Source: a virus
Reading direction: 5' to 3' (one strand)
Virus record (IMG/VR): IMGVR_UViG_3300037419_001472
Span: 1 to 64,000 of that record
Length of the DNA stretch: 64,000 bases
Shown piece after piece: positions 7,833-16,200 of the stretch (positions are counted from its first letter, which is position 1; each line of letters starts with the position of its first letter). The notes beneath the pieces are model-generated. The model did not search any database, was not told where the DNA came from, and saw only the letters and a program-made list of their open reading frames with translations. A program made the position numbers and the translations under genes.

Positions 7833-8972
7833 TTACCTATCGCGAGTAAGCGGCATTACCACGTAGGTCCCGCCGTCCTCGACCTTGAAGATCGCGGCGT
7901 TCTTGCCGTCGGTCATCTCCAGCTTGACCTCGGCGTCCTGGGGGACCATCTTGAACCAGTCGCGGAGGTAGCGGGGGTCGAAGGTGATGTCCACCGGGCC
8001 GCCCTGCGTCGCCAGGTCCAGCTCGACCTCGGACTCGCCCACGTCGGCCGCATTCGTCGTGACGACGAGCCGCTCGGGATCGAACCGGAAGTCTGCCCCG
8101 CGAGACTCCTCGCTCGTCGTGATCGCGGCCTGCTCGACGGCCAGGGCGAACGGCTCGACCTGGAACCGGCAGCTCGCCGAGCTGCTGCTGGGGAACACGT
8201 CCTGGTAGCGGGGAAAACGGCCCTCGACGAGCCGCGAGTAGATCTCGGCCCGCTCCGTGCGGACCAGGATGGCCGAGCCATTCGCGACGCCAGCCAGGTG
8301 GACCGGCGGGTCGTCGTCCGTGATCGACTTCAAAATCAACCGCAGTGCCTTGGCCGGGATGACCGGGTTCGGGTTGCCCGAGAAGCCCTTGCCCTCGACC
8401 TCGGCCGGGACGACCTGCAAGGCGAGCCGGCGGCCGTCCGTGCCGACGAGCGATGCCCGCCCCTCGGGGAATTCGAGCAGCGTCCCGCCCAGGGCATAGC
8501 GCGTGCTCTCCACGTCGGTGGCGAACGCGGTCCGGGCGATCAGCTTGCGGACATTGCACGCCATGATGACGTGATAGTCTGCCGCATCGAAGGCCGGGAC
8601 CTCGGGGAAGACGCTCGGGTCCTCGGAGGGAAGCTTGTGCTTGCTCTTGCGGCCCCGGATCGTGAACGCATTCTCGTCTTCCAACGTGAGCGTCATCTCG
8701 TCGTCCTGGCACGTCCGCAGGATCGACGTGAAGCGGGCGGGCAGGACGAGCCGGGCCGGAGCGTCGGCCTTGATGCCGAGCACCAGCTGGCGGATGCCGA
8801 CCTCCAGGTCTGTCGTCTGGAGCAGCGAGCCGCCGTCGGGGTCGACGACGAGCAGGCTGTTCTGCAAGATCGGCTTGGGCGAGCGGGCGGGCACGACGCC
8901 GCTCACGGCGGCGATGGCCTCGAGCATGGGGAGCCGCTCGAATCGGATCGTCTGGGTCGCGGTCGCGGTCAT
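7833..8972 (-). CDS. dnaN: DNA polymerase III beta sliding clamp (DnaN)
   Basis: 379 aa. The N-terminus (FERLPMLEAIAAVSGVVPARSPKPILQNSLL) and overall three-domain length and pattern are typical of DnaN. Confidence 0.85.
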   Translation of the reverse strand: MTATATQTIRFERLPMLEAIAAVSGVVPARSPKPILQNSLLVVDPDGGSLLQTTDLEVGIRQLVLGIKADAPARLVLPARFTSILRTCQDDEMTLTLEDENAFTIRGRKSKHKLPSEDPSVFPEVPAFDAADYHVIMACNVRKLIARTAFATDVESTRYALGGTLLEFPEGRASLVGTDGRRLALQVVPAEVEGKGFSGNPNPVIPAKALRLILKSITDDDPPVHLAGVANGSAILVRTERAEIYSRLVEGRFPRYQDVFPSSSSASCRFQVEPFALAVEQAAITTSEESRGADFRFDPERLVVTTNAADVGESEVELDLATQGGPVDITFDPRYLRDWFKMVPQDAEVKLEMTDGKNAAIFKVEDGGTYVVMPLTRDR

Positions 8973-9009
8973 GGGTCTGGTACCTCTCTCGGGTCGGGAT
9001 GGATAGCAA

Positions 9010-9201
9010 TCAGGCCGTGACCGGCTCCGGGCGGGGCCGGACGGTCATCAGCCGGCGGAATCCCCGGGGCCAGGGCTCGTGCTCGGGCAAGTGCATGAAC
9101 CGGCCCCGGGGCGATTCATAGACGATCACAGGGACCTCGAAGCAATCGGCGGCCCGGATCGCGGCCCGGACCGCCTCGCTGGCACGCTCGCGGCGGCTCA
9201 T
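9010..9201 (-). CDS. hypothetical protein (63 aa)
   Basis: Internal ATG forming an ATGA overlap with the stop of 9198-9575. The upstream part of the track ORF is Arg/Gly-rich junk. Confidence 0.45.
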   Translation of the reverse strand: MSRRERASEAVRAAIRAADCFEVPVIVYESPRGRFMHLPEHEPWPRGFRRLMTVRPRPEPVTA

Positions 9202-9575
9202 GCCCCGGCCCCCTCGAATGCCTCGTGGGCCGCGTCCCGGCAGCCCTCGCAGCCGTTCCCGGCGGCTGACGCGAGCAGCAGCCCGGGCATCTCCTCGACC
9301 GCCATCGCGAGCAGCCGGCGGGCGTCCACCGGCCTCGCGACGCCGTCCAGGATCACGGCCCGGCGGTCGGCCAGCATCCGCGCCGGGATCGAGCACTCGA
9401 CCGCCATGAACGGGGCCGGGCTGCCATCGCATTCGACCTCACCGGGCTCGCCGAGGTCGCACGGCTCGATCGGCGAGAATGAGAAGATCTGGACCCGATG
9501 TCGCCCCGGGGGGAAGGACACCAGGGCCGTCGCCAGGAAGATCGGGAACCGCTGGATAAGTGAAGCATCACGCAT
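9198..9575 (-). CDS. hypothetical protein (125 aa)
   Basis: Protein-like composition and translationally coupled neighbours. Confidence 0.5.
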   Translation of the reverse strand: MRDASLIQRFPIFLATALVSFPPGRHRVQIFSFSPIEPCDLGEPGEVECDGSPAPFMAVECSIPARMLADRRAVILDGVARPVDARRLLAMAVEEMPGLLLASAAGNGCEGCRDAAHEAFEGAGA

Positions 9576-9578
9576 GGG

Positions 9579-9836
9579 TCATCTCCGTGCCTGGGCGTCG
9601 AGGATCGACGCGAGGTCCGTCAGGGTCGAAGTCATGCCGCCGGTCGAGCGGTAGAACGCTTCGAGTTGCGGGGCATCCTTGATCGCATCGTAGGCCGCGT
9701 GGCCGATGACCGCGGGGTCGATCGCATGCCAGATCAGATCGAGCTGGATGCACACGTCCCGCATCCGGTCGGCCAGAAGCCGCGTCGCCTCGGCGTCAGC
9801 CATGCTGGGGATCGGCAGCAGGGGCTGGGTTGCCAT
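9579..9836 (-). CDS. hypothetical protein (85 aa)
   Basis: Internal ATG (MATQPLLPIP...) chosen because the upstream DUF932 gene ends at 9919. Confidence 0.45.
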   Translation of the reverse strand: MATQPLLPIPSMADAEATRLLADRMRDVCIQLDLIWHAIDPAVIGHAAYDAIKDAPQLEAFYRSTGGMTSTLTDLASILDAQARR

Positions 9837-9918
9837 CGCTCGGGCCTCCGTGGTCGGGGGTGAGAGGGAGAAAAAATGCGGGGCCGTCGCCGGCCCCGCG
9901 CCGATTGATCGGATCGGA

Positions 9919-10995
9919 TCAGACACACTCGGCCAACTCGCAGGCATTCGACCAGGCCTCACGCTTGATCTTGGCGCCGCTGCCCCACCACATGCTCTCC
10001 AGCTTGCGGCTCGCAGCCCCCTCGCTCTTGCGGGTCGGGGCATCATGATCGATGAATTCTGTGACCGCGTTGTAGGCACACCAGGCCGTGCCCTTGATGC
10101 CGGGCATGTCGTGGCCAATGCCGCCCTCGAACAGCCCGGTCAGCACGTCGCGGATGCCCTTCGCCGTCTCCGCGGCGCGGGGCGACTTCTCCGGGTCCTC
10201 GGGGTCCGGGTAGATAGCCTCGAAGTAGTTCGCGAGCAGCCGGCTGTTCATCTGGAACCCGGCGAGGGCATCGATCCGCGGCTTGAGGTCGTCGTAGAAC
10301 CGCTCGGCCAGGCCGAGCACGCGCTGGGCCTCGCGGACCTTGCTCACGAGGTCGCCCGAGTGGCGGATCGCGATCCCCTGCCCCTCGCCCCCGGCCAGGG
10401 CGACGGCGAGCGTGTTCTGACACACCACCCTTTGCGGGGTCCACAAGACCCTCAGGGCCGCCGAGCCGTCGTGAGCGTTGCTGAGCAACAGGTAGCGCTC
10501 GACCTCATCGTCCGTGCTCGCCACCTGCATGACGCCAGGCAGCTTCGCCAGCAGCCAGATCCGCTCGCCCGCGCCGAGCGCGCCGGCCGTGTGGTATTCG
10601 ATCTGGCGGTCGGCCGCGATCGAGTCCAAAAAACCGAACGCTTCCTTGTTCTGCACCGGCTTCCACGACCGGCCGACACTCCCCAGCACCGCCCCGGTGT
10701 CGACGCGGACCACAGCGCGGGCCGAGTCCACGCCCCGCCCCTGGAGATGGGCGAACTTCTCGAACTCGACCCCGCCCGGCACCGAGATGGCCAGGGGGAA
10801 GACCCCGACCTCGAAGCCGAGCCCGGCCGCCTCGCTGACCTCGTCCCAGGTCCGCAGCGCCGAGTCGACCCGCTGGCCCAGCTCGTGCCAGGGCAGCTCA
10901 CCCGCGTAAAACATCGAGGCCCGGCCGTCCACGACATTCAGGTTGTGGCGGCGGTTCATGCGCCCGTTGACCAGTTCCGAAGCATCCCAGACCAT
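9919..10995 (-). CDS. DUF932 / phage-plasmid TIGR03299-like protein
   Basis: 358 aa. LPWHELG...YHTAGALGAGERIWLLAKL...LLLSNAHDGSAALRV fits the DUF932 pattern as remembered. Confidence 0.7.
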   Translation of the reverse strand: MVWDASELVNGRMNRRHNLNVVDGRASMFYAGELPWHELGQRVDSALRTWDEVSEAAGLGFEVGVFPLAISVPGGVEFEKFAHLQGRGVDSARAVVRVDTGAVLGSVGRSWKPVQNKEAFGFLDSIAADRQIEYHTAGALGAGERIWLLAKLPGVMQVASTDDEVERYLLLSNAHDGSAALRVLWTPQRVVCQNTLAVALAGGEGQGIAIRHSGDLVSKVREAQRVLGLAERFYDDLKPRIDALAGFQMNSRLLANYFEAIYPDPEDPEKSPRAAETAKGIRDVLTGLFEGGIGHDMPGIKGTAWCAYNAVTEFIDHDAPTRKSEGAASRKLESMWWGSGAKIKREAWSNACELAECV

Positions 10996-11104
10996 GGGTC
11001 TCGTCCTTTCCCGTTGTGATGTCGATCAGTGATCAGAGGTCCCGTTTCGGCCTTGCCAGGCCATCCTCGGGCGGGGGGCATCACCCCGCGACGGTCGGAA
11101 GACA

Positions 11105-11464
11105 TCAGGCGTGGAAATAGATCTCATCGAAGCTGGTGCGGGCCTCGGGGCTGGCCTTCAGCTCGGCCGAGAGACTCTTGAGGCTGGCCGCGTTCGTCCA
11201 GAACCGGACCCTCATCCAGCGGCTCGCGACATGATCGACGATCACCAGCCTGGAGCCGTTCCGCTCGACCGTCTCCAGGATCGTTCTGCCCTTGAGCGTC
11301 TTGAGAATCACAAGGTTCCCCTTGACCGCAAAGCGGGTGAAGGTGTGAGCATCACCCATCACGTCCTCGCGGATCTGGTCGTCACAGGCGCCGCTGGCGT
11401 CAATCGGCTGCTGCATCCAGAGCGCCAGGGCTTCCGCGGATCCGGTCAGGTGGGCAGTGGCCAT
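11105..11464 (-). CDS. hypothetical protein (119 aa)
   Basis: Start moved to the second ATG. The first ATG lies inside the SD of the stereotyped GAGGATGAGACCGATG initiation region. Confidence 0.5.
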   Translation of the reverse strand: MATAHLTGSAEALALWMQQPIDASGACDDQIREDVMGDAHTFTRFAVKGNLVILKTLKGRTILETVERNGSRLVIVDHVASRWMRVRFWTNAASLKSLSAELKASPEARTSFDEIYFHA

Positions 11465-11512
11465 CGGTCTCATCCTCGCGTTCAGGGTCAGGGATCAGTC
11501 ATGTCTAAGGAC

Positions 11513-11541
11513 ATAATATCCCGCTTCTTATCCCGAATCAA
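11513..11541 (-). promoter_or_regulatory. promoter TTGATT-17-TATTAT with upstream GAGAAAAATCCCGATTCGGAT box
   Basis: Minus-strand reading. The upstream 17 nt CTGAGAAAAATCCCGAT is shared with 55754-55770. Confidence 0.55.
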
Positions 11542-11643
11542 GATCCGAATCGGGATTTTTCTCAGATTTCTTCCCGAACCAGAATTGCGGGGGAGGGATG
11601 GGGGCAGGTACGATGGTGAGGTCCATGAAGGGGACGGGGGGAA

Positions 11644-11681
11644 GGGGCCGGGTGTTCGCGTCACGGCGAGCACCCGGCCCC
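11644..11681 (-). terminator. terminator-like hairpin (11-bp stem GGGGCCGGGTG/CACCCGGCCCC) without a clear U-tract
   Basis: Inverted repeat 3 nt downstream of the XRE gene stop. No U-run. Confidence 0.3.
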
Positions 11682-11684
11682 GCG

Positions 11685-12035
11685 TCATTGCGCGGCCTGA
11701 TGGGAGCGGATCCGCTCAGCCGCTTCCAGGATCAGCGCGGCCGGGAAGAACCGTTCCAAGGGTAGGCCCAGGCCGATGATGATCCGGTGGAGGGTCCGCC
11801 ACATCGGCTCGACGTCGCCGGCCTCGAGGTGCCAGTAGTGAGCCGTGGTCATCCCCAGGGCGGTCGCGGCCGCCCGCCCGCTGGGATAGCCGGCCTCGCG
11901 CCTCGCCTCGCGCAGTGCGCTGGCCAGCTCCGTCTTCGGCTCGGCTTTTGTGCTCAGTCTCATCGTCTTCATCGTCTTCATCGTCTTCATCGTCTTCATC
12001 GTCTTCATTGTCTTCATTGTCTTCATTGTCTTCAT
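11685..12035 (-). CDS. XRE-family HTH regulator with N-terminal (MKT)x8 repeat
   Basis: HTH segment LREARREAGYPSGRAAATALGMTTAHYWHLEAGDVEP. The N-terminus is encoded by 8 tandem ATGAAGAC(A/G) units, so the true start could be any of 9 ATGs. Confidence 0.7.
   Translation of the reverse strand: MKTMKTMKTMKTMKTMKTMKTMKTMRLSTKAEPKTELASALREARREAGYPSGRAAATALGMTTAHYWHLEAGDVEPMWRTLHRIIIGLGLPLERFFPAALILEAAERIRSHQAAQ
11961..12035. repeat. 9-bp tandem repeat, 8 copies (5x CATCGTCTT, 3x CATTGTCTT on plus strand)
   Basis: Directly visible in the sequence. Each unit carries an in-frame ATG on the minus strand. Confidence 0.95.
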
Positions 12036-12044
12036 CAATCAACC

Positions 12045-12338
12045 TCATGCGGCCAGCGAATCCGGGTCGCCCAGGCTCAACTCGAACTCAATACAGTCGA
12101 CATCCCGGCCGGCGTCGAAGGCCTCGACAAACTCACCGACCAGGCGCAGGTCCGTGGGATGGAGGATTGCGACCCGCAGCCCCACGGCGATGGTGACGGG
12201 CCGGTCGGAGACAGTGACCGACCGGCCAGGAAAGGCCCTCTTAATGGCCAGGGCCAGCGGGCACTCGGAGCAATGGTGCCGCCGGCCTGATGCGAGATCG
12301 GCCGGCGTCACCCGTATCCAGACCGGCGCCGCGCTCAT
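12045..12338 (-). CDS. hypothetical protein (97 aa)
   Basis: ATG at 12338 forms an ATGA overlap with the stop of 12335-12616. The track start at 12347 is a TTG. Confidence 0.5.
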   Translation of the reverse strand: MSAAPVWIRVTPADLASGRRHHCSECPLALAIKRAFPGRSVTVSDRPVTIAVGLRVAILHPTDLRLVGEFVEAFDAGRDVDCIEFELSLGDPDSLAA

Positions 12339-12616
12339 CGGCCGCAATCCAGGATCGGGTTGCCGGTGAGGCCCTTGGCCTCGGTCGCCGGCCCGAGGGT
12401 GAGCGAATCCGCCCAGTCCAGCACGTCACGGCAGGCAATCAGGACGTTCGTGGAGAGCATCCCGGTCGGGGGCGGGGAGTTGTGCAGGATCCAGCCCCGC
12501 AAGTCCCAGGCGGCCCGGCTTGCCGCTTCCGCATTGCCCTGCATCCGGGCCAGCCGCATCCGGGCCCACATGGCATCCGGGTCCAGGGGGGAATCCAGGT
12601 TGATCTCGCGCATCAT
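12335..12616 (-). CDS. hypothetical protein (93 aa)
   Basis: ATGATG start preceded by GAGGACCCGAGCC. Confidence 0.5.
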   Translation of the reverse strand: MMREINLDSPLDPDAMWARMRLARMQGNAEAASRAAWDLRGWILHNSPPPTGMLSTNVLIACRDVLDWADSLTLGPATEAKGLTGNPILDCGR

Positions 12617-12670
12617 GGCTCGGGTCCTCGGTCTCAAGAGGGTCAGCAGGGCAGGGTCAGCGGGGCAGGG

Positions 12671-13981
12671 TCAGAACAGCGAAGGCTCCGGCTCGAGCGC
12701 AGGGCTGGTCTCAGCCTTCACGCGGCCCTGCTCGATCACGACCCCGGCGCCCACGAGGGAGTCGGCAACGCGCTCGATCAGGACCTGATAGCCGTGCTCC
12801 TCGGCCCACTCGGCCACGAGCCGCAGCGAGTCGTGATCGAGCAGGGAACCCTCCCGGATCACCAGCAGCCGCAGCCGCGGGTTCATTGCGGCCGCCATGG
12901 CCAGGGAGACGCGGATTTGCTGGGCCGAGCTGATCTGGCCGAAGGGGATCCCCTCGAAGGTCACGACCTCACCATCCAGCCCCAGTCCCGCGACCGGCAT
13001 CGGGGCTGCCTGCAACCGCTCGGCCTTCGCCCGGTCCAGGTAAGTGAGCTGGTCAGTCAGGTCCTCAGCGTGCTTGCGGTTGGCGGCCAGGGCCTCGAGC
13101 GCGGCGGCCCGCTCGCGGTAGGCGCGGGCCTGGCGGTTGACCTGCTCGGCCGCCGCGATCCGGTCGAGGATCGGCGTAGGGTCGATCGCCCGCGGGGCGG
13201 AGGCTTCCATCGTCTCGAGCAGCAGCGTCGCGGCCTGGCGCCGCTCGCGGAGATCCTCGGCGTCGGCCTCGAGCTTGGCGATCATCCCGCGGAGCCGCTC
13301 AGCCTCGGAAAGCTGGTGCGTGATCTCGCGGTCCAGGCCAGCGATCTCCGCTCGCTTCTGGTCGAGCCGCCGCTGCTGCAAGTCGACCCCGGCATTGTGC
13401 CTGCTGGCCGCCCTCAGTTCGGCCGTCAGCTCGGCCGCGCTGACCTCCTCGGCCGGCTCGACCTCCGGCATCGCGGCGATCGCCCCTTCCTGCTGCTTGA
13501 TCGCCCGGTTGACCTCGGTGCGCTCGGCGAACGCCGCATCGCGCTGCTGCTCGAGGTCGGCGAAGTCGAGGGCGGCGACCCGCCGCAGCGTCTCGGCCTG
13601 CGCCTCGGGCTTGAGCCGGGTGAATGCCAAGGGATCGAAGGCCAGCCGCTCATAGAGTGAGTCGAGCAGGGTCTGGGGGCTGCTGACGCGTGAGCCATCC
13701 GCATCGGTCACGACCAGCCGCGTCCCGCGTGCATCCCATTCACGCCGCACAGTCATGTCGCCGATCCTGAGAGTCAACGAGGCGGCTCGAGATCCCTCGC
13801 GGATCGGCTTTTCGGGGGCCGCCTTGGCACCTCCGAGGGCGGACCAGATCGCGTCAATCGTCGACGACTTCCCTTGACCATTGCGGCCGGCGATCTCGAA
13901 GGATCCGCCACCAGCGGGGAGCGTCAGGGTCACGGCCGAAACGCGTTTGAAGTTCTCGATGGAAAGCTGGTGCAGGTGCAT
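12671..13981 (-). CDS. SMC/Rad50/SbcC-like ABC ATPase with central coiled coil
   Basis: Walker A GRNGQGKSS, a long Ala/Glu/Arg heptad region, signature-like SSAQQIRVSLAMA, and Walker B LRLLVIREGSLLD. Start at ATG 13981 (MHLHQLSIENFKR). Confidence 0.8.
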   Translation of the reverse strand: MHLHQLSIENFKRVSAVTLTLPAGGGSFEIAGRNGQGKSSTIDAIWSALGGAKAAPEKPIREGSRAASLTLRIGDMTVRREWDARGTRLVVTDADGSRVSSPQTLLDSLYERLAFDPLAFTRLKPEAQAETLRRVAALDFADLEQQRDAAFAERTEVNRAIKQQEGAIAAMPEVEPAEEVSAAELTAELRAASRHNAGVDLQQRRLDQKRAEIAGLDREITHQLSEAERLRGMIAKLEADAEDLRERRQAATLLLETMEASAPRAIDPTPILDRIAAAEQVNRQARAYRERAAALEALAANRKHAEDLTDQLTYLDRAKAERLQAAPMPVAGLGLDGEVVTFEGIPFGQISSAQQIRVSLAMAAAMNPRLRLLVIREGSLLDHDSLRLVAEWAEEHGYQVLIERVADSLVGAGVVIEQGRVKAETSPALEPEPSLF

Positions 13982-14013
13982 GGGTCTCGGTCTCCAGGGG
14001 GATCGGGGATGGA

Positions 14014-14436
14014 TCAACTCTTGCCCTTCGCGGCCAGGATCGCGCGATCCGTATCGGACTGGCGGGCGTAGCCTTCGTGGGTCCGGTCGATGTAGGCCAG
14101 TTTGCGGTTCAGCACCCGCCCGCCGTGCCGCTGGACGCAGCGACGGCAGACGGCGAACCGCCTCCGCTCCTTCGCGTTGCCGTGGTCGGGCTCGCCGATG
14201 ATCGACTCGCTCGTGGCGTGCCCGCAGCAGCCGCAGACGCCCAACTCGACGCCGAATGAGCGTGCCACCCCGGCCGCCACGCCCAGCCGCCGCTCCCACT
14301 CGGCCTCGTCCCGGTCCCGCAGGTCCAGGGCGGGCAGGTGGATCGTCGCGAAGATACTGAACGGCCCCGGCCCGAAGGCGGCCACGAAGGGATGGATCCG
14401 GCTCATCGTCTTGCTTGCGGGAATCGTCGCTTCCAT
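14014..14436 (-). CDS. Cys-rich (zinc-ribbon-like) hypothetical protein
   Basis: CGCCGH...CRRC motifs. Start chosen at the ATG preceded by GCGAGGACGACTGCG. Confidence 0.45.
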   Translation of the reverse strand: MEATIPASKTMSRIHPFVAAFGPGPFSIFATIHLPALDLRDRDEAEWERRLGVAAGVARSFGVELGVCGCCGHATSESIIGEPDHGNAKERRRFAVCRRCVQRHGGRVLNRKLAYIDRTHEGYARQSDTDRAILAAKGKS

Positions 14437-14488
14437 CGCAGTCGTCCTCGCGTTTGGGGCCAAAGCGGTCAAGGGAGAAAGGAAGCTA

Positions 14489-14707
14489 TCAACTCAGGTC
14501 CGCGTCCGGGTCGACGCCCAGATCCCGCAGCCGCTGCTTGCATCTGTCCAGGGCCAGCATCAGCGGCTGTTTCACGAGCGCGTCCGTGATTCCCTGCTTG
14601 GCCAGGTTCAGGATCGCCCTCTGGTAACTGGTCGCCATGCGCCGCTCACAGACAATCAGCACGTCCCGCGCCTGCTCGACCGTCATCACCCGGGTCGGCT
14701 TGCTCAT
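14489..14707 (-). CDS. hypothetical protein (72 aa)
   Basis: First gene after promoter 14756-14783. Second ATG of GAGGATGAGACCGATG chosen. Confidence 0.5.
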   Translation of the reverse strand: MSKPTRVMTVEQARDVLIVCERRMATSYQRAILNLAKQGITDALVKQPLMLALDRCKQRLRDLGVDPDADLS

Positions 14708-14755
14708 CGGTCTCATCCTCGCATCAGGTCCTCGTTATCCCTCACTTACAACCTT

Positions 14756-14783
14756 ATGATATCTCGCGTGATACTGGAGTCAA
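14756..14783 (-). promoter_or_regulatory. promoter TTGACT-16-TATCAT with conserved leader
   Basis: CTTGACT-N16-TATCATAAGGTTGTAAGTGAGGGATAACGA... is nearly identical to the copy at 17112-17139. Confidence 0.65.
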
Positions 14784-14963
14784 GCCCGAATCGGGATAAA
14801 ACCCGGGATTGAACCCAGATTGGGATCAGGCAACGCTAGGGCAACGCGCGGGCAATCTCGGGCAAGAACGAGCCGGATCCACGCGCGGGCGCGCAGGGAG
14901 AGCCGGCGGGACGTATTCTTGGTGATCGGGAGGGGAGAGCCGACGGGAGGGCGTGCAGGAGTG

Positions 14964-15362
14964 TCAGACTGTGACCCGGCCGCCGAAGGTCAGCCAGGTC
15001 AGCCAGTCCATGGTCCCGCCATCCTCGCAGTAGGCGCGGAGCACGAGATAGGCTCGATTCCGCGCCTCGGCCCGCGGAACATGGACCAGCACCGCCAGGG
15101 GGATCACCCGCGGCGCGGCCGCGGCGATCATGTCCACCATCCCGCCCCCCGGCCCGTCAAGCCAGTCATCGATCAGCCGGGTCAACTCAGAGGAAATCTG
15201 ATGCGCTTCCCCTGCCAGGCAAGCGATGAACTCTCCCGAGTATGTTCCATCGAGGGTCTCGATCCCGTCGCAGATGCGCGCCGTCATCCGCACGGCCTCG
15301 CGATACTCTCGCCCGAGCTGGCAGCAGCGCGCGGGCAAGGTGCCAAGGTCCACGTTCATCAT
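14964..15362 (-). CDS. hypothetical protein (132 aa)
   Basis: Clean ORF with GC-rich third positions. Confidence 0.5.
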   Translation of the reverse strand: MMNVDLGTLPARCCQLGREYREAVRMTARICDGIETLDGTYSGEFIACLAGEAHQISSELTRLIDDWLDGPGGGMVDMIAAAAPRVIPLAVLVHVPRAEARNRAYLVLRAYCEDGGTMDWLTWLTFGGRVTV

Positions 15363-15473
15363 CAGTCTCAGGTCTCCGGGTTTGGGGTTCAGAGCGGCTC
15401 GACGGTCACGATCATGGAGATGGCCGGCACGCGGGGAGCGAGGCGAGATGCGAGCGTGGCGCGGGGTGTCGAG

Positions 15474-15902
15474 TCAGGGGGCGGTCTCGCGCCGCTGCTC
15501 GATCCAGGCGGGCATGTCAGGGTGCTCGCCGCACCACTCGGTCTCGAGGGTCACGGGCCAGATGCCGTCCGTGTTCTCCGCGGCCTCGGCATAGGGCATG
15601 GTCGGGGGCTGGCGTCGGCATTCCCCGAGCATGCTGCCCTCATTCTCGGCCCAGAACGGGCAACTCACGCAGGTCGGTCGCTCAGTCATCATCATGGTAT
15701 CGCCCTTGGGGATGTCGGGGATGGCCGACCGGATCATGTCCAGGCAATAGCCGGTCTTCTTCCGCTCGAAGTCCTGGCCTCGCCGGCAAGTGGCCACCAG
15801 CATCGAGCCGGCCCCGCCGTAGGCCTGGAGGATGTGCTCGGGCGTCTCAGCGGGAATCGGGACGAAACACCGCTGATCGCAGAATCGGCAGTAGGGCCCC
15901 AT
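15474..15902 (-). CDS. Cys-rich hypothetical protein (142 aa)
   Basis: CRFCDQRC...CVSCPFW...C motifs. Confidence 0.5.
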   Translation of the reverse strand: MGPYCRFCDQRCFVPIPAETPEHILQAYGGAGSMLVATCRRGQDFERKKTGYCLDMIRSAIPDIPKGDTMMMTERPTCVSCPFWAENEGSMLGECRRQPPTMPYAEAAENTDGIWPVTLETEWCGEHPDMPAWIEQRRETAP

Positions 15903-15906
15903 CAGT

Positions 15907-16200
15907 TTAGCCTCCGGGGAGGGTGGGCGCGCCGACCGGGATCCCGCCCGAGGCCGGCACGAGGTAGAGTTGCACGTCGTAGCCGCTGGCCTTCATGCCG
16001 GCCATCGCGGTGTCGGCGAATGCCTGGGCTGCGGCCTGGCCGGTCCAGCGGGTCGCATTCCTGCGGTCGCTAGTCCAATGCCAGGGCGAGCCGTAGATCG
16101 GCTGGTCGACGATCCAGAGCCAGGCGGTGCGAGGCTTGCCCCGCCTATCCTTCTCGGCCAGGGCCTCGCCGATGATGTAGGGAGTGGTTTTGCGCGCCAT
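15907..16200 (-). CDS. hypothetical protein (97 aa)
   Basis: Start at ATG 16200 preceded by GAGGATGAGAGCG. Confidence 0.5.
   Translation of the reverse strand: MARKTTPYIIGEALAEKDRRGKPRTAWLWIVDQPIYGSPWHWTSDRRNATRWTGQAAAQAFADTAMAGMKASGYDVQLYLVPASGGIPVGAPTLPGG

Noticed and set aside
7837-9009. 390-aa ORF overlapping dnaN in another frame
   Set aside because: It is an extreme Arg/Pro/Gly-biased translation. The DnaN frame (7833-8972) has the real clamp sequence.
9706-11019. 437-aa plus-strand ORF
   Set aside because: It is antisense to the DUF932 gene and its small neighbours, with low-complexity Arg/Gly/Leu content and no start context.
11716-12048. Alternative frame through the 9-bp repeat giving an acidic (EDN/EDD)n protein, ATGA-coupled to the upstream gene
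   Set aside because: After the repeat the frame becomes Arg/Gly/Pro junk, whereas the MKT frame continues into a clean XRE HTH domain. The coupling is kept as a note in the repeat finding, not as a gene.
12290-13660. 456-aa plus-strand ORF
   Set aside because: It is antisense to the SMC-like ATPase, whose Walker motifs identify the true frame.
14820-16073. 417-aa plus-strand ORF across three minus-strand genes
   Set aside because: It is a shadow ORF. The minus-strand genes each have the stereotyped SD/start block and sensible composition.
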